Source: Octopus sinensis
Taxonomy: Eukaryota
Length of the DNA stretch: 64,000 bases
Assembly (NCBI RefSeq): GCF_006345805.1
Contig: NC_042997.1
Span: 144,646,001 to 144,710,000, forward strand
Direction: 5' to 3'
Below, one piece after another: positions 37,431 through 51,594 of this stretch (its first letter is position 1; every line of letters starts with the position of its first letter). The notes under the pieces were generated by a model. That model was not told the origin of the DNA. It saw only the letters and a program-made list of their open reading frames with translations, and made no database searches. The position numbers and the translations under genes were made by a program.

Positions 37431-38884
37431 TATATATAAAATATATCGCTGGCACATTAAAAGCTCCAACCGATCGTGGCCAATGCTGGACATCCCCTGG
37501 CACCTGTGCAGGTGGCACGTAAAAAGCACCCACTACACTCGCGGAGTGGTTGGCGTTAGGAAGGGCATCCAGCCGTAGAAACTCTGCCAGATCAGACTGG
37601 AGCCTGGAGCAGCCCCTGGCATCCCAGACCCCGGTCGAACCATCCAACCCGTGCTAGTGCGGAAAACGGACGTTAGATGATGATGATGTATCAGATGATG
37701 ATGATGATGTAGGAGAAAATGTACTCAGTACAAAGTGTAGAGAATAATTTTATTTATTCAGCTGAATATTTCTTTGTTTTCTGTTTTGATCTTCACACAC
37801 TAAGAAGAACACCAGTTTTTGATTTTCTTTTAAGAAGCTATTCAGTTATGAATTGTTGTGTTTGCATGTGACTTTATGAAAAAATGAGCTGGGGACGGGG
37901 TACTTTTATCTTAGATATTTCAAATGATGTTTTCATTACAGATCAGTACTTGCATCTAACCAACTGAGAAATAGTAATGCACCACACATAACAGCATAAT
38001 ATTAGCCAAATGAATATCATGTATACATGTGTATGTATGGGTGTGTGTGTGTGTGTGTGTGTGTATAAGACTGTCTCATCTTCTGCTTGTCTCAGTCATT
38101 AGACTATGACCATGCTGGGGCACTGCCTTGAATCTTTTGTCAAATGAATCAACCCCAGTACTTATTTTTTAAAGCCTGGTACTTACTCTATTGGTCTCTT
38201 TTGCTGAACCACTATGTTATGTGGTGGTGGGCGGGGGAGACAAACACAGACAGAAAGACACACACACACACAGAGATACATACACACATAAATGATGAGC
38301 TTCTTTCAGTTTCTGTCTACCAAATCCACTCACAAGGCTTTAATCAGCTCAGGGTGCTAGTAAAAGACATTTGCCCAAAGTGGTATGCAGTGGGACTGAA
38401 CCTGGAACCATGTGGTTGGGAAGCAAGCTTCTTACTACACAGCCATGTCTGTGCTGACTATGTTAGAAATCTGATTTGAGAACAAAGTTATAATTCCACC
38501 CACATCAACTTCTTCAAGTAACACACAAAGAAGGAAGCAAAAGAAAAATGGTTAAATTCCGTCCTTCAGAAAACTTGCTGATCAATTGATGAGATAAGCA
38601 ACAATGGCAACCTGAATATGAAGCTTAGAAACCAGAATCTAAAACTAGGTGAGAGTACTTGCTCTTCATTACCAGTGTCATCCCACATCTGTAGCGATTC
38701 CTGATTGGTTCCTTGTGAATGACCTCTCACCACCACCACCACCACCCTACACTTTTGGGGATACAGATACAGTATATTTCATATCTTCTGTTTACTTGTT
38801 TCCCCCACCCACATCATTTTGTTAGTGATCCTTGTAATGTCCTTTATCTACCACCCTAATGGCAATAAAATAAATCAATATTAA

Positions 38885-38916
<32 letters not shown>

Positions 38917-41900
38917 GTAGTAGTAGTAGTAGTGATTTCTTTTATTTACAAGGAGAGCAATGGATGAGGGAGAATAAGGATAATACAAAATGATGAAGGA
39001 AAGATGCTTAAATATATAAACAGCGAGAATTAGGAAAGTTGTAAATGATAATAATAAAGATAACAATAATAAATAAAAATTACATGTCAGAAAATTGTTT
39101 CATGTAAAACATTTTCATTCGAGGCTTTGCAACAATTTTCATTTTCATTGATAATTGGGTTTTCCTACTCAATAAAATTCAAAGAGAATTTCATATTTAG
39201 AACTAAAGAAAATAGAAATTAAATATTTCCTTTCTTTTTTTTTTCTTTGTTATTTCACTTGATTTTTTATTCATTCTTGCAATGCGGTATATTCATTGAA
39301 AAACCAAAACCAAACAAGAAATAAAAATGCAAGTATGTAACTTATGTTTACTGTGTTGTCGTTAAATGAATTGTACCATATCTACTTCTATCTAAACTAA
39401 AACAAACAGAACTACACAACAACAATAACAACAAAAGTGAGTGCTGCAAATTATGTTGTAACACTACTACTATTACTATTTCAAACTACCACCACTACAC
39501 CAAAATTTTCTATAATATTTTCCCATTAGATGAGATTTAGATGCCACTGTATTGTAAAATCTCATGAATACTTCTATATTCCATAGTGTAGCATAAAGCA
39601 AAAGATTTCAGTGTACAGTAAGTACTGTTTACTAGTAGTAGTATTATCAGCTCCTGCAAGTGTAGCAGAAAAGGAGAATCAATAGAGCATCAGGGAAAAA
39701 TTTATTACAGAAGTTAATTCTATCTCTTTGTGTTCTGAGTTTCAAATCCCACCGAGGTTGACTTTTGTTTGCAGTCTTCTGTGGTCAATAAAATAAGAAG
39801 TTAAATAGTGACTTAGTTTAATCTCCAGTTTTCCTTTCTCTCATATTTACGGCCTTGTTGTGTGCATATTAAACATCAAAATAAGAGTCATGCAATGAAA
39901 GAACTGGTAGGTCATCACATAAAATGCCTTATGATATGTAGTCATGACTCTTTACAATCTGAGTTCAAATCCTGCCAAGGTCACTGGAAGAATCATTACA
40001 ATGTCACAATAAATGCCTTATGGTATTTCTTTTGGTTCTTTACATTCAGAGATTAAATCATACTGAGTCAACTTTGCCTTTTATTCTTTTGACAATCAAT
40101 AGTATTAGTCAAGAACTGGGGTTGATTTAATCAACTGTACCTATCCCATCAAATTTCTAGCTTTGTGTTTATACTAGAAGAAATTAATATTATTATTAGG
40201 GCAGCAACCTGTCTGAATTGTTAGAGCATCCCCCCCCAAAAAATGCCTTCTGGTATTTGTTCTAGATCTGCACATTCTGGGTTCAAATTTTGCCATTCTT
40301 TGAAACAGTTCATAAATCTATATGTAACTTGATAATTAAATTTTACAGAGTTACAGTACAAATTATACATATTACCCTACAGCCTTTTAAAATTTTGAAC
40401 ACAGCTCATGGATTCTCAAGAATCAATGAATTCCATTTGGAAGAAATTCTGTTAGTATTTTGATAAATCAGAGATTGAGTCAGGTCAATACACCAACACC
40501 CACTTCCATAGTTCTTTTAATGGCCAAGTTTTATTTTATCTGTTCAGTTGATCTATTAATATGATAGATATTATTAAGCAATAATTCATTGTATCGACTT
40601 TGAAAGGCTGACTAGTAAAGTTGACTTCTTTGAAGGGGTTAGTCAATTTAGTCGATTTCAGTAAATAATTGGTATTTTGTATTATTGCCTCCAGATGGAT
40701 GAAATACAAAATTGATCGCTACAAAATTTGAAAAATCAATCATCATGATTATTAGCTTTATTTTTATTTCTGCCTTTTCCATACTGGAATGGATTGCTTC
40801 AAAAAAATTGAGTCAGTATTCTATGATTAGATGCCCTTCCTGATCCATGCTGGCATGGGTTGGATAATTTGACTGAGGACTGGCAAGCCAGGAGGTTGCA
40901 CCAGGCTCCAATCTGGTCTGGCAATGTTTCTACAGTTGGATGCTCTTCCTAATGCTAACCAATCCAAGAGTGTAGTGGATGCTTTTTATATTTGGATGCA
41001 CAGAAGCCAGTCAGGGTGCACTGGCATCGGCCATGTTCGGATGGTGCTTTTTACATTCCACCAGCACAGGGGCCAGTTAAGCAGACCTAGCATTGACCAT
41101 GTACAAATGGTGCTTTTTACATGCCACCAGCACAGGGGCCAGTTAGGTAGACCTAGCATCAACCATGCTTGAATGGTGCTTTTTACATGCCACCAGCACA
41201 GGAGCCAGTCAGGGGGCACTGGCCATGGTTACGATTTTGGTTTTACTTGACTCAACAGGTCTTCTCAAGCATATCATATCACCCAACACATTAAGAGTAC
41301 TTTTAAATGGGCCAAACATGCAACACTGGCATCAGCCATGGCTGTGCTTAATTTCAAGCCGGGTACTATATATTCTATTGGCTCTCATCCATCCAAAATT
41401 TCCAAGCTGCAAGATGTCTGTAAATGTTTGCTCAACTGACACAGGGTCAGTGTAAAGAGATGCTGCCTCTGTAGTTTCTGTCTACCAAATTTCACTCACA
41501 AAGAATCGCTCAACCAAATGCTGTTGTAGAAGACACTTGCTTGAGTTACTTAGTCCGCTGTGGGATCAAACCTGAAAACATGTGGTTGGGAAACAAATTT
41601 CTCAACCACACAGTGATGCACACACACACCATCATCATCATTTAACATCCATATTCCATGCTGGCATGAGTTGCACAGCTTGACAGGAGCTGGCAAACTG
41701 GAGGTCTGCACCAAGCTCTGTTGTCTGTTTTTGGCATGGTTTCTATGACTGGATGCCCTTCCTAATGCCAACCACTTTACAGAGTGTACTGAGTTTTTTT
41801 TGTACATGACACCAGCATGAGTGCTTTTTACATGTGACTCTATGGGTGCTTTTAATCTGGCACCAGCATGGGCTTGAAACATCTTCATAATAATAATTGT

Positions 41901-42061
41901 CTCTATGACTGGGTTAAATAGTTTGTTTCCCAACCACAGAGTTTTTGGTTTCTTCTCACTGCATGGCGCCTTGGATAAGTATCTTCTACTGTGGCCACGA
42001 CCAACCAAAGCTTTGCAAGTGGATTTGGTAGATGGAAACCAAAAGAGACCCTTCATATATA

Positions 42062-42100
<39 letters not shown>

Positions 42101-42335
42101 GTGTGTTAGTATGTGTATGTAAGTGTCTCCTTGTCTTGGCATCGTGTTAGTTGTAATTAAGTGTCACTGTCATACAAGCAGTGTCGTTTATTTTCAATAT
42201 TCTGTGTAAACATGTCTGGCTATAGGGAAATATTACTTTGCCTGAAAATAGGTGAGGTTTGGCAACAGGTAGGACTTCCATCTGTAGAAAATCTGCCTCA
42301 TCTAACCATAAAACACGGGAAAGTAGACATTAAAA

Positions 42336-42374
<39 letters not shown>

Positions 42375-43248
42375 ACAAGGCCTGAAATTCAAGAAAGGCA
42401 TTTAGTCAGTAAAACTAACCTCCTCAGTATTTAACTGGTACTTTATTTCACTGACTCAGGAAGGATGAAAAGCAAAGTTGACTACCAGATGTGCTAATAA
42501 TTCTGCCAAAAGTCTGTCTTTTTAATCTACAAATTCTTGTGGGACTGGCAGCTAGCAACAGCTGTATAAAGACAACCAAACAACCTGCAATACTAATTTT
42601 CCATTTATTTTTTTCTTCTTGATGAAATTAAGCACCAGTCATGAGAGAGTATATACAGTGTAGTGTATAATATTTTTCAAGAATCTGCAAAAAGTACCAG
42701 TGATGAGTAAAAAGCCTTGGTGCCAATGCCATATGAAAAGCACTGGTGCTGGTGCCATGTATAAAGCACTGGTGATGGCACCATGTAAAAAGCACCCAAT
42801 ACACTCTGTAAGTGACTGGCATTAGAAAGGGCATCCAGCTGTAGAAACCAAGTCAAACAGGCTATGGAACATGGTGCAAACCTTGGCCTTGCCACCTCCT
42901 ATCAAGCCATCCAACCCATGCCGGCATGGAAAACGGATGTTAAATGATGATGATGTTTAGTTGTATGAGATTTGCTCCTTATAAATCAGGCTAAACTACT
43001 AAAACACTAATTTAGAAGCAACATCATATGTAGTACAGTAAACACCATATACTACATTGAGTAGATCAAAAAACTTTAATCATAAGTGCAGGAGTGGCTC
43101 TGTGGTAAGTAGCTTGCTTACCAGCCACATGGTTCTGGATTCAGTCCCACTGCGTAGCACCTTGAGCAAATGTCTTCTACTATAGCCTCAGGCTTGTGAG
43201 TGGATTTGGTAGATGGAAACTGAAAGAAGCCCATTGTATATATATATG

Positions 43249-43293
<45 letters not shown>

Positions 43294-44284
43294 ATGTATG
43301 TATGTATGTATGTATGTACGTATGTATGTATGTACGTATGTGTGTATGTACGTATGTGTGTCTGTGTTTGTCCCCCCAACATCGCTTGACAACCAATGCT
43401 GGTGAGTTTATGACCCCAAAAATTTAGTGGTTTGGCAAAAAGATACTTATAGAATAAGTACTAGGCTTATAAAGAATAAGTCCTGTGGTCAATTTGCTTG
43501 ATTAAACGCGGTACCCCAGTATGGCCACAGTCAAATGACTGGAACAAGAAAAAAAACAAGAGACAACATGAATGAGTGAGAAGGAGGGAGAGAGAAAGAC
43601 ACTGACGATGAGAGAGAGAGAGAGAAAGAGAGAGAACTGTATAAATCAACACATTTAGACCTAAAGATTATGTTACAGAATTTTAGTTAAAAAACGTTAT
43701 TACTTTCATATGATTGATATTATGTATGACACACAAAAAGATATAAAGTTTTTTTGGTTTTTTTTCACATGCAGCTTCGATACTGCAGGTTGCCAAAGTC
43801 AGTTGTATAATATTATAACATTGATGAGTTGACACACAGCATGTTGTTGGTTTTTGAAGTACTAAGTTGGAACTTTTACTCACACCACAGGGGAAAAAAA
43901 GAGAAAAATAAGATAAATAAGAAATAAATAAATGGAAAGAGAAATAAATAAATCAGTTACTATAACTAGCAATGGTATGAATGAAGAAAGGAATTAAAAG
44001 TGTGGTAGTTGCACCTAGTCAGCACAGAGTGGTACTGATTTTGGCATCTTCCCCAACCGTTAGTAACTAAAATAAATTCAGAACCCTCTTGTACAGAATT
44101 TCTATTTTAAATACTATATATTATGCAATGGAAAGTTTGGGAGTGGAGAGAGGTGAAGAAAAAGTGGGAGGAATTTGATATCATGATAAAATATATTGGA
44201 ATACATTTGACAGCCCTTTAAAATTAAACTGTTATTACTTTGTTATGCAAAACAAGCTAAACCGAAAGAAAATGTGATTTCAAA

Positions 44285-44650
44285 TAGGTGCAGGAATGGC
44301 TGTGTGGTAAGTAGTTTGCTTACCAACCACATGGTTCCGGGTTCATCCCACCGCATGGCACTTTGGGCAAGTGTCTTCTACTATAGCCTCGGGCTGACTA
44401 AAGCCTTGTGAGTGGATTTGGAAGACGGAAACTGAAAGAAGCCTGTCTGTTTGTGTCCCCCCGACCACCACCACCATCGCTTAACAACTGATGTTGGTGG
44501 GTTTATGTCCCAGTAAGTTAGTGGTTTGGCAAAAGAGACTGATAGAATAAGTACTTGGCTTACAAAAGAATAAATCTTGGGTGCAATTTGTTCAACTAAT
44601 GGCAGTGCTCCAGCATGGCTGCAGTCAAATGACTGAAACAAATCAAAGAA
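44285..44650 (+). mobile_element. SINE family A copy
   Basis: Colinear with 33661-34023. Confidence 0.85.
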
Positions 44651-44943
44651 TAAATGTATATATACATATATATATATACACACCTTATATATTTGTTTGT
44701 TCAATTTTATGCCAGTTTTTCTATGTTAAAATGGATTAGATGAATATATTTTTGAAGAATTGTTTTATAACTGGATGCATTTCCTATCACTAATCCATTC
44801 CTGTTTTTCAAGTAAGTGATCACTTCTTTGTCATGTCTTTGAAGGCTTGGAGCCAGTGGACAAATTGTTGGCAGGAAAATAACCACTTCTGGCTGAAAGA
44901 TTTTTTAAGAAGTATGAATACGCAGACACACATATATATATGC

Positions 44944-45007
<64 letters not shown>

Positions 45008-46059
45008 TCTTTTATTCTTTTACTCTTTTACTTGTTTCAGTCACTTGACTGCAGCCATGCTGGAGCACTGCCTTTAAGGGATTTTTTAGTTGAAGAAATC
45101 AACTCAGGGACTTATTCTTTGTAAGCCTAGTACTTATTCTATTGGTCTCTTTTGCCAAACTGTTAAGTTACAGAGATGTAAACACACCAACACTGGTTGT
45201 CAAGCAGTGGGGGTGGGGAGAAAAGCAGACACAAAGACACACACATTCACAAATACATATGTATTTATATGACAGGTTTCTTTCTACCAAATCCACTCAC
45301 AAGGCTTTGGTTAACCCAAGGCTATAGTAGAAAACACTTGCCCAAGGTGCCACACAGTGGGACTGAACCTGGAACCATGCAGTTGGGAAGCAAGCTTCTT
45401 ACCACACAGCCATACACAGGTATGTTGATGCAAGCAGGAAAAACAGAACTCAATATATGAGTATATGTATATGTTTAACAATATTTAGCAGAAATAACAG
45501 AGTGACTCAAGGTCCAAGAATTTCATGCATTGATACTTATCACTTTGAGCCAGGAAACAGAGCATGGTTGCGAGTGGCTTTATGTAATTTAATTGAACGA
45601 CTTTTCTGTGGATGTGGTCCACGATATCTATGTGCACAGCAACAGTACTCTCTCATTTGTGAAGGTGTTGCAGGTATTTGAAACCTAACCTAAATGCAAG
45701 ATACTCAGTTAAAAATGATGGGTGAGCCACCACAGTGTCATGTGGTTGATCTATAACTTGACTATACAGCTCTAAGCTGTGGTGTGAAATGGCTTTCTCA
45801 AAAGTATTTGAATTTATCGATGTCACCTTATAAAAACAGTTTGGCATTTAATTCATCACAGTGTTGAGGGTGGCCAACATCTCTTGCCAGGCAGGTGGCC
45901 AACGATTGCTGACACCACAGACCACCTCGGACTTTTGTGAAGGCAACTTGAGGCACTCGGACACAGCACATGATGTCCCACAGATAACTTTTTACTTTCA
46001 TTGAACAGTTTTTCTCTCCTCCCAGTCAGTAATTATTAATATCATTCATTGTAAATAGC

Positions 46060-46805
46060 CAACACTAAAATATATTATGTCCAGCTATAAATATCAAAGT
46101 TAAATGTCTGTGAGCTTGCTTCACTTATTATTCATACAGCCAATGACATTCCGCATGCACACTACAACAATGATAATAATACAATCCGCTTAGACAATGG
46201 TGAATCAGACGTTTGATGTATAGCATCATTGACCTGCTCAACACAAGCAATAAGCAGCCATGCAGCAAAGACAATAATCCATTGTGGGCTTCACCTAAGC
46301 TATGTAGGGTATTAGTAATTGTTGGGGGCTGAAGTAATTTTTGGCAACACAGAGAAGGGCAGTCTTTGAGATGTCCTAGCTTTGTTGTAGATGTGTTTTT
46401 TGCCAGGGGAGATCCTTGGTGATAATTAGGCCTAACATTTGGAGCAAGAGTGAAGGTTCTTGCTGCACACTGCTCATGTTTCAGAAGGTGAGGTGAGATG
46501 ATGTTTTTTTTTTTTGATATGAGGAGCACTGTGTATATTTTTGCAGTTGAAAGAGGGAAGATTGGCATGTCTCCATTATAGGATGCTTTTGAGATCTCTG
46601 TTAATAGACTTAGTGAAGGTTTGGCATGTGGTAGCTAGGTTGCATGTGGAGGACACATGGTTGGAGAAGATAAGAAAAAGAAAAAAATGAAGGGCACTAT
46701 TATCTGTGTATGAGTGGGCGTTGTAAGATGTGACAGCAACTAGGTCATTCGATGTATAGAAAGAAAACACAGTAGGGGACAAAACCGAGCCCCTAGAGCC
46801 CATAA
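46060..46805 (-). mobile_element. Non-LTR retrotransposon RT relic (CR1/L2/Jockey group)
   Basis: [18 protein letters not shown]...HSYTDNSAL (degenerate PQGSVLSP/YADD motifs), NRDLKSI, AKNTSTTKLG; many stops and frameshifts. Confidence 0.8.
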
Positions 46806-47249
46806 TTATATATATATATGTGTGTATATATATATATATATGTATGTATATATATATATATGTATGTGTATATATATATGTGTGTATATATATGGATGTA
46901 TATATATATATATATACATGTATGTATGTGTATATTATATATATGTATGTATGTGTATATATATATATATGTATGTATATATATATATATATGTATGTGT
47001 ATATATATATATATGTATGTGTATATTATATATATATATATGTATGTGTATATATATATGTATGTGTATATATATATATATATATGTATGTGTATATATA
47101 TATGTATGTGTATATATATATATGTGTATATATATATATGTGTATATATATGTATGTATATATATATGTATGTTATATATATATATGTATGTATGTGTAT
47201 ATATACATGTGTATATATATATGTGTGTATGTATATATATATAATTATG

Positions 47250-47305
<56 letters not shown>
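46805..47305. repeat. ~500-bp alternating purine-pyrimidine (TA/TG) microsatellite
   Basis: Directly visible; it is the source of the Y/I/C/V-rich ORFs at 46793-47338. Confidence 0.97.
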
Positions 47306-47307
<2 letters not shown>

Positions 47308-47798
47308 ACTTTTGCTGCAAATAAACACATGTACATAGAACAAAGGAAGATAAATATCAAGCAAGCTTTAAGAGTAGAAAGAAGAGAAACTATTTTGTAC
47401 TGATTGTGATATGATATTAGAATTCCTTTTAAAATACAGTAATGAGACAGGGGAAGTAAGGGAGGGGAGGAGAAGTGTGTGTGTGTGGGGGGGGGTTTAC
47501 TATCGTTGGGAAAATGGTACGTAACTGAAGAGAATAACAGACATGCATGCATGTCTGTTAATATTGCATCTTTTTTCAACAGGGTGGAGACATATATTTA
47601 CACAGGCACTATCACTTCCCCGCTTCTCTCTCGCTGACAATATTTATATTCCATTCCATTCCTGTTGGTAGGGTAGGTACAAGAGTATAGACACGAACAC
47701 ACACACACAAGTACATATACACACATGCATGCATGCGGGCTTACATACAGTAATACATGTACAGAATTAACAATATATATACACACACCTGCATAATA

Positions 47799-47835
<37 letters not shown>

Positions 47836-48030
47836 ACATATACACTTACACACATGCACTCACACATACACACATGCATCACACATACACACACTATACA
47901 CAGACATCGCTTCTGTCCGTCACTGTCTTCATATTAGCATTCTGCCTCTATCATTTGGGTTTGGTACAATTCCATATATGCACACACTTATTCACAAACA
48001 CACCTGCACAGAATTATCAATATATATATA

Positions 48031-48061
<31 letters not shown>

Positions 48062-48210
48062 TATATATATATACAGATTTACAAACACACATGCAGTTAC
48101 CTTACCCAGAACATGAACAGACATTTACACATACACACAGGTACAAAAACATGCAAAATGTTCCCAACTAGAGCGTGAACGCACACATGCATACATGCAT
48201 ATACACACTG

Positions 48211-48255
<45 letters not shown>

Positions 48256-49047
48256 TACACACCAACAGCTATAAAAACATGCAGACAGCTTCTCACTCAC
48301 AGCATGAACACACACATGCAGGCACATTCCCAACCAAAGCATGCACCCCACCCCCATATGTACCATCTCTCTTGAGGGCTATAGAAACCACTTAATTATG
48401 GTTAACAGGGATACAGTTTTGTTTTCTTTAACTCGGAGGGAAAATACTGTGAAAAAACTCTCGGGAGAAGAAAAAAAAATAGGGAGAAAGAAAAGAAAGA
48501 AAAAAGATTATCAGTCAGAAGAATGGTATTTTGTTATGATTTTTGATGGAATTCTGGTAGTGGTATACAGAAACTGAAAATAGAAATCCTGAGTAACAGA
48601 AGAATCAGAGAGAATAAATGTCTTGAAATGGAAGATTCTTAACCCTTTCTCTTACTATATTTTCAGTGAAATACACTGCTTTTGTTTCAAATAATTTCTG
48701 AAAATAATGAAGAATTTAGTAAAATACTTTATTAATTTTTAAGCTGATGTTTGGAACTTGAATTCCATGAAATTTTAGTGGAAGTTTAAAATTTAACCCA
48801 TTTTGGTGTGGTTTCTACAGCTGGATGTCTATCCTATTGTCAACAACTTTACAGAGTGTATTAAGTGCTTTCTATGTGGCACCAGCACCAATGAGGTCAC
48901 CAAGTAAATATTAAAGATTATTTTTAAATGTTTTTTATATTTTTAAATAATCTTTAAGTGCAAGAAAGAAGGAGGAAAAGTGAGAGAAAAGGCATTAATA
49001 ATGGACAGTTAAAGTAAACAAGGAAAAAGGAAGGTAAAATAACATAC

Positions 49048-49112
49048 TATATACACGCAGATGGCTTGAAGGTTGGGAGTGGGAATAACGAGCTTGTGAC
49101 AAATTAATCAGC
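49048..49112 (-). CDS. Candidate internal exon (65 nt; xLINLSQARYSHSQPSSHLRVY)
   Basis: Long polypyrimidine acceptor tttttttcctccttcag, donor ATA|gtatgt; only one frame is open. Confidence 0.28.
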
Positions 49113-49637
49113 CTGAAGGAGGAAAAAAAACCCAAAAAAACTAACAAACATCCTACTCGATATATCTTCCTGCTGCCATAATTAAATAGCAACATCAACA
49201 CTTGAGGAACAAGTGCAACAACAATAGCAACAGCAACAACGTCAACTAATGCATGAAGAAGAATAATGATGATTTCAAATTTTAGCACAAGGCCAGCAAT
49301 TTCAAAGGAGGGGGTGAGCCGGTTACATCAACCCTAGTGTCCAACTGATACTTATTTTGTTAACGCCAAAAGTATAAAAGGCAAAAAATCAACCTCAGGG
49401 GAATTTGAACTCAGAACATAAAGAAATGCTACCAAGCATTTTGCTTGATTTGTAACCATTCAGCCAGATCGCCATCTTCATAAATAAGAATAATTCTTTC
49501 AAACTCTTTCATTCATAGATTTTTTAAATTATAAAACTAATCTATTTTAGACATGTGTGTGTGTGTATGTGTGTGTTGCTGTTTAACCAAAATGAATCCT
49601 GAATGAGAAGGCTTGTAACCAAAGGCATTGAGCAGGA

Positions 49638-49865
49638 TTAACACTTTAGCATTTAAAGCAACCATATCTGACCAAAATATCCTACCTGTTTTGTGCTAAA
49701 ACTGGCCAGATTTGGCTTCTTACACCTAACCTACAATGCTATTTTAAAAATATAAAATCACATCATTGAAATCTTGATGCCACAAGATAATGAATGATTA
49801 ATTCAACACAATGTGAATAAATAAGCATAGCATTTCACAGAGTAATCTGAATGCTAAAGAGTTAA
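49638..49865. mobile_element. TTAA-flanked (piggyBac-like) MITE, complete copy
   Basis: ttaa-cactttagcatt ... aatgctaaagag-ttaa; colinear with 11849-12077. Confidence 0.8.
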
Positions 49866-50476
49866 GTCATGTTTTTATATACCTAGAAATATGGATACAT
49901 TCTATATATACTTCCATTTTTAAGATAATAGGTGGAATTTAAGGGACATTTGATTGCTATTTCTAACAAGTTGTGTGACAACGTAAAAGAACATGTACGT
50001 ATACAGGTGTATGCATGCAAATAAGTGTGTAACAAATCTACTTTCAAACCTGGTAAAACTTCACCTGTATTCATGAAAAAAACGAAAAGGGCAAGATTTA
50101 ATAATTTCATTAACTTGACAAACAAGTTACATAAACATGTTTTACTCATTAGAGATTCAAACAATATTTATGTGAAAGGTGATAAATTCAAAAATGCAAG
50201 ATCAGAATACATTAGATTAAAATTTAGCAAAATAATGAAATACAAACTCACACACACGCACACAAACATATATATATATATATCTTTTAAATTTGTTTAC
50301 AGGAAATGTTTCAAATATGTAAATAGAGTTCCCATTCCATTATGCTGGCCACAGTCTAATGATGCTGACTGGTGAACCAGTTTTGGGGGTTGCATCGAGT
50401 TGTACTGGTATAGTGTAGGATAAATATAATAATAAAACTTGAATAGAATTTATAAACCTTTAATGCATTGCTAATC

Positions 50477-50755
50477 GTGTTTCCACAAATCACATGTCTC
50501 TTAAGATCACAGTCCATATTCCTGAGATGATTATGGTGTAGCCCGTAGAATTCATGGGCATCGGGTGGATTATCATCATGGATTCATTTCTTCAGGTGAT
50601 ATAAAATTAATAGATGTTCACCTTATGTTATATCACCTGAAGAAACGAATCCATGAAGATGACCAACCCAATGTCCACAGATATTACGGACTACACTGTA
50701 GTCATTTTGGGAATACGGACTGTGATCTTAAGAGACATGTGATTTATGGAAACAC
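50477..50755. repeat. Long imperfect inverted repeat: 128-bp arms, 23-nt loop
   Basis: Arms 50477-50604 and 50628-50755 align without indels; 21 mismatches by manual count. Confidence 0.93.
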
Positions 50756-51594
50756 ACATAGTGGACCACTGTAGAAAACCACTGATGTAGACTTTATATA
50801 ATACTAAAGGGTCATCTGGACAATTTTACTACATTCATTCATTGCAGAATTTGTGAAGCATTAGTGGCTAAAAACATTTCTTCAGAATTAAGATGCGATT
50901 AACATTATCTGCTTCATTAAAGGATATACATTGAACAGTTATCTGTTCATGAATCTAAACCAAAACATAGGATCTAATCCAACTAAACTTCTAATGTGTA
51001 CAGATATGTGAGGGCTGTCACAAGAATGAGCATGAAGATGACTTATTCAAGAGACCACAACCATGAAACATTTCACAATAATGTGCTAGGAATTTTCTGT
51101 GCCCTCTCAGTTCTGGTGGGTCCTGAATTTCATGTTATATGTCTTTCAATAAAATCAATGTAACTGAAGGTGCTGAAGTCTCCAAAACATAACTGCTGAT
51201 ATGGTTTACTGTTGTTCAACATGACAGAACAACAAAACCTACTTTGTGTTGAACAATAATAATAGAGATGGGTGGAATATGTTCATAAATTTCCACTTTT
51301 GTCCAGCACTGAAGCCATAAAATGTTTTGAGCCCTCAGGAGGAGTCTATTGTACATCATGTTCCTTCTTCATAGTCCAGTTTTTTAGCTCCATCGAGTAG
51401 AATGCTCTCCACATTTACAGGAGACAAACAGATTTAAATAAAACAAAAAGAAAAAATAAAGTTATGTTACAAGTGCTTTCACTGGCAGCAACCATAGTAA
51501 GGGAAATGAGAAATACAGTAAAAGAGATCATATACTGTTACATCTATCAGAAAAAGACTAAAATCTTCCAGAACTCTTTTATGATAAGAATTAA

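Noticed and set aside
43770-43800. FDTAG motif suggesting a small GTPase exon
   Set aside because: The surrounding in-frame sequence shows no Ras/Rho similarity; chance match.
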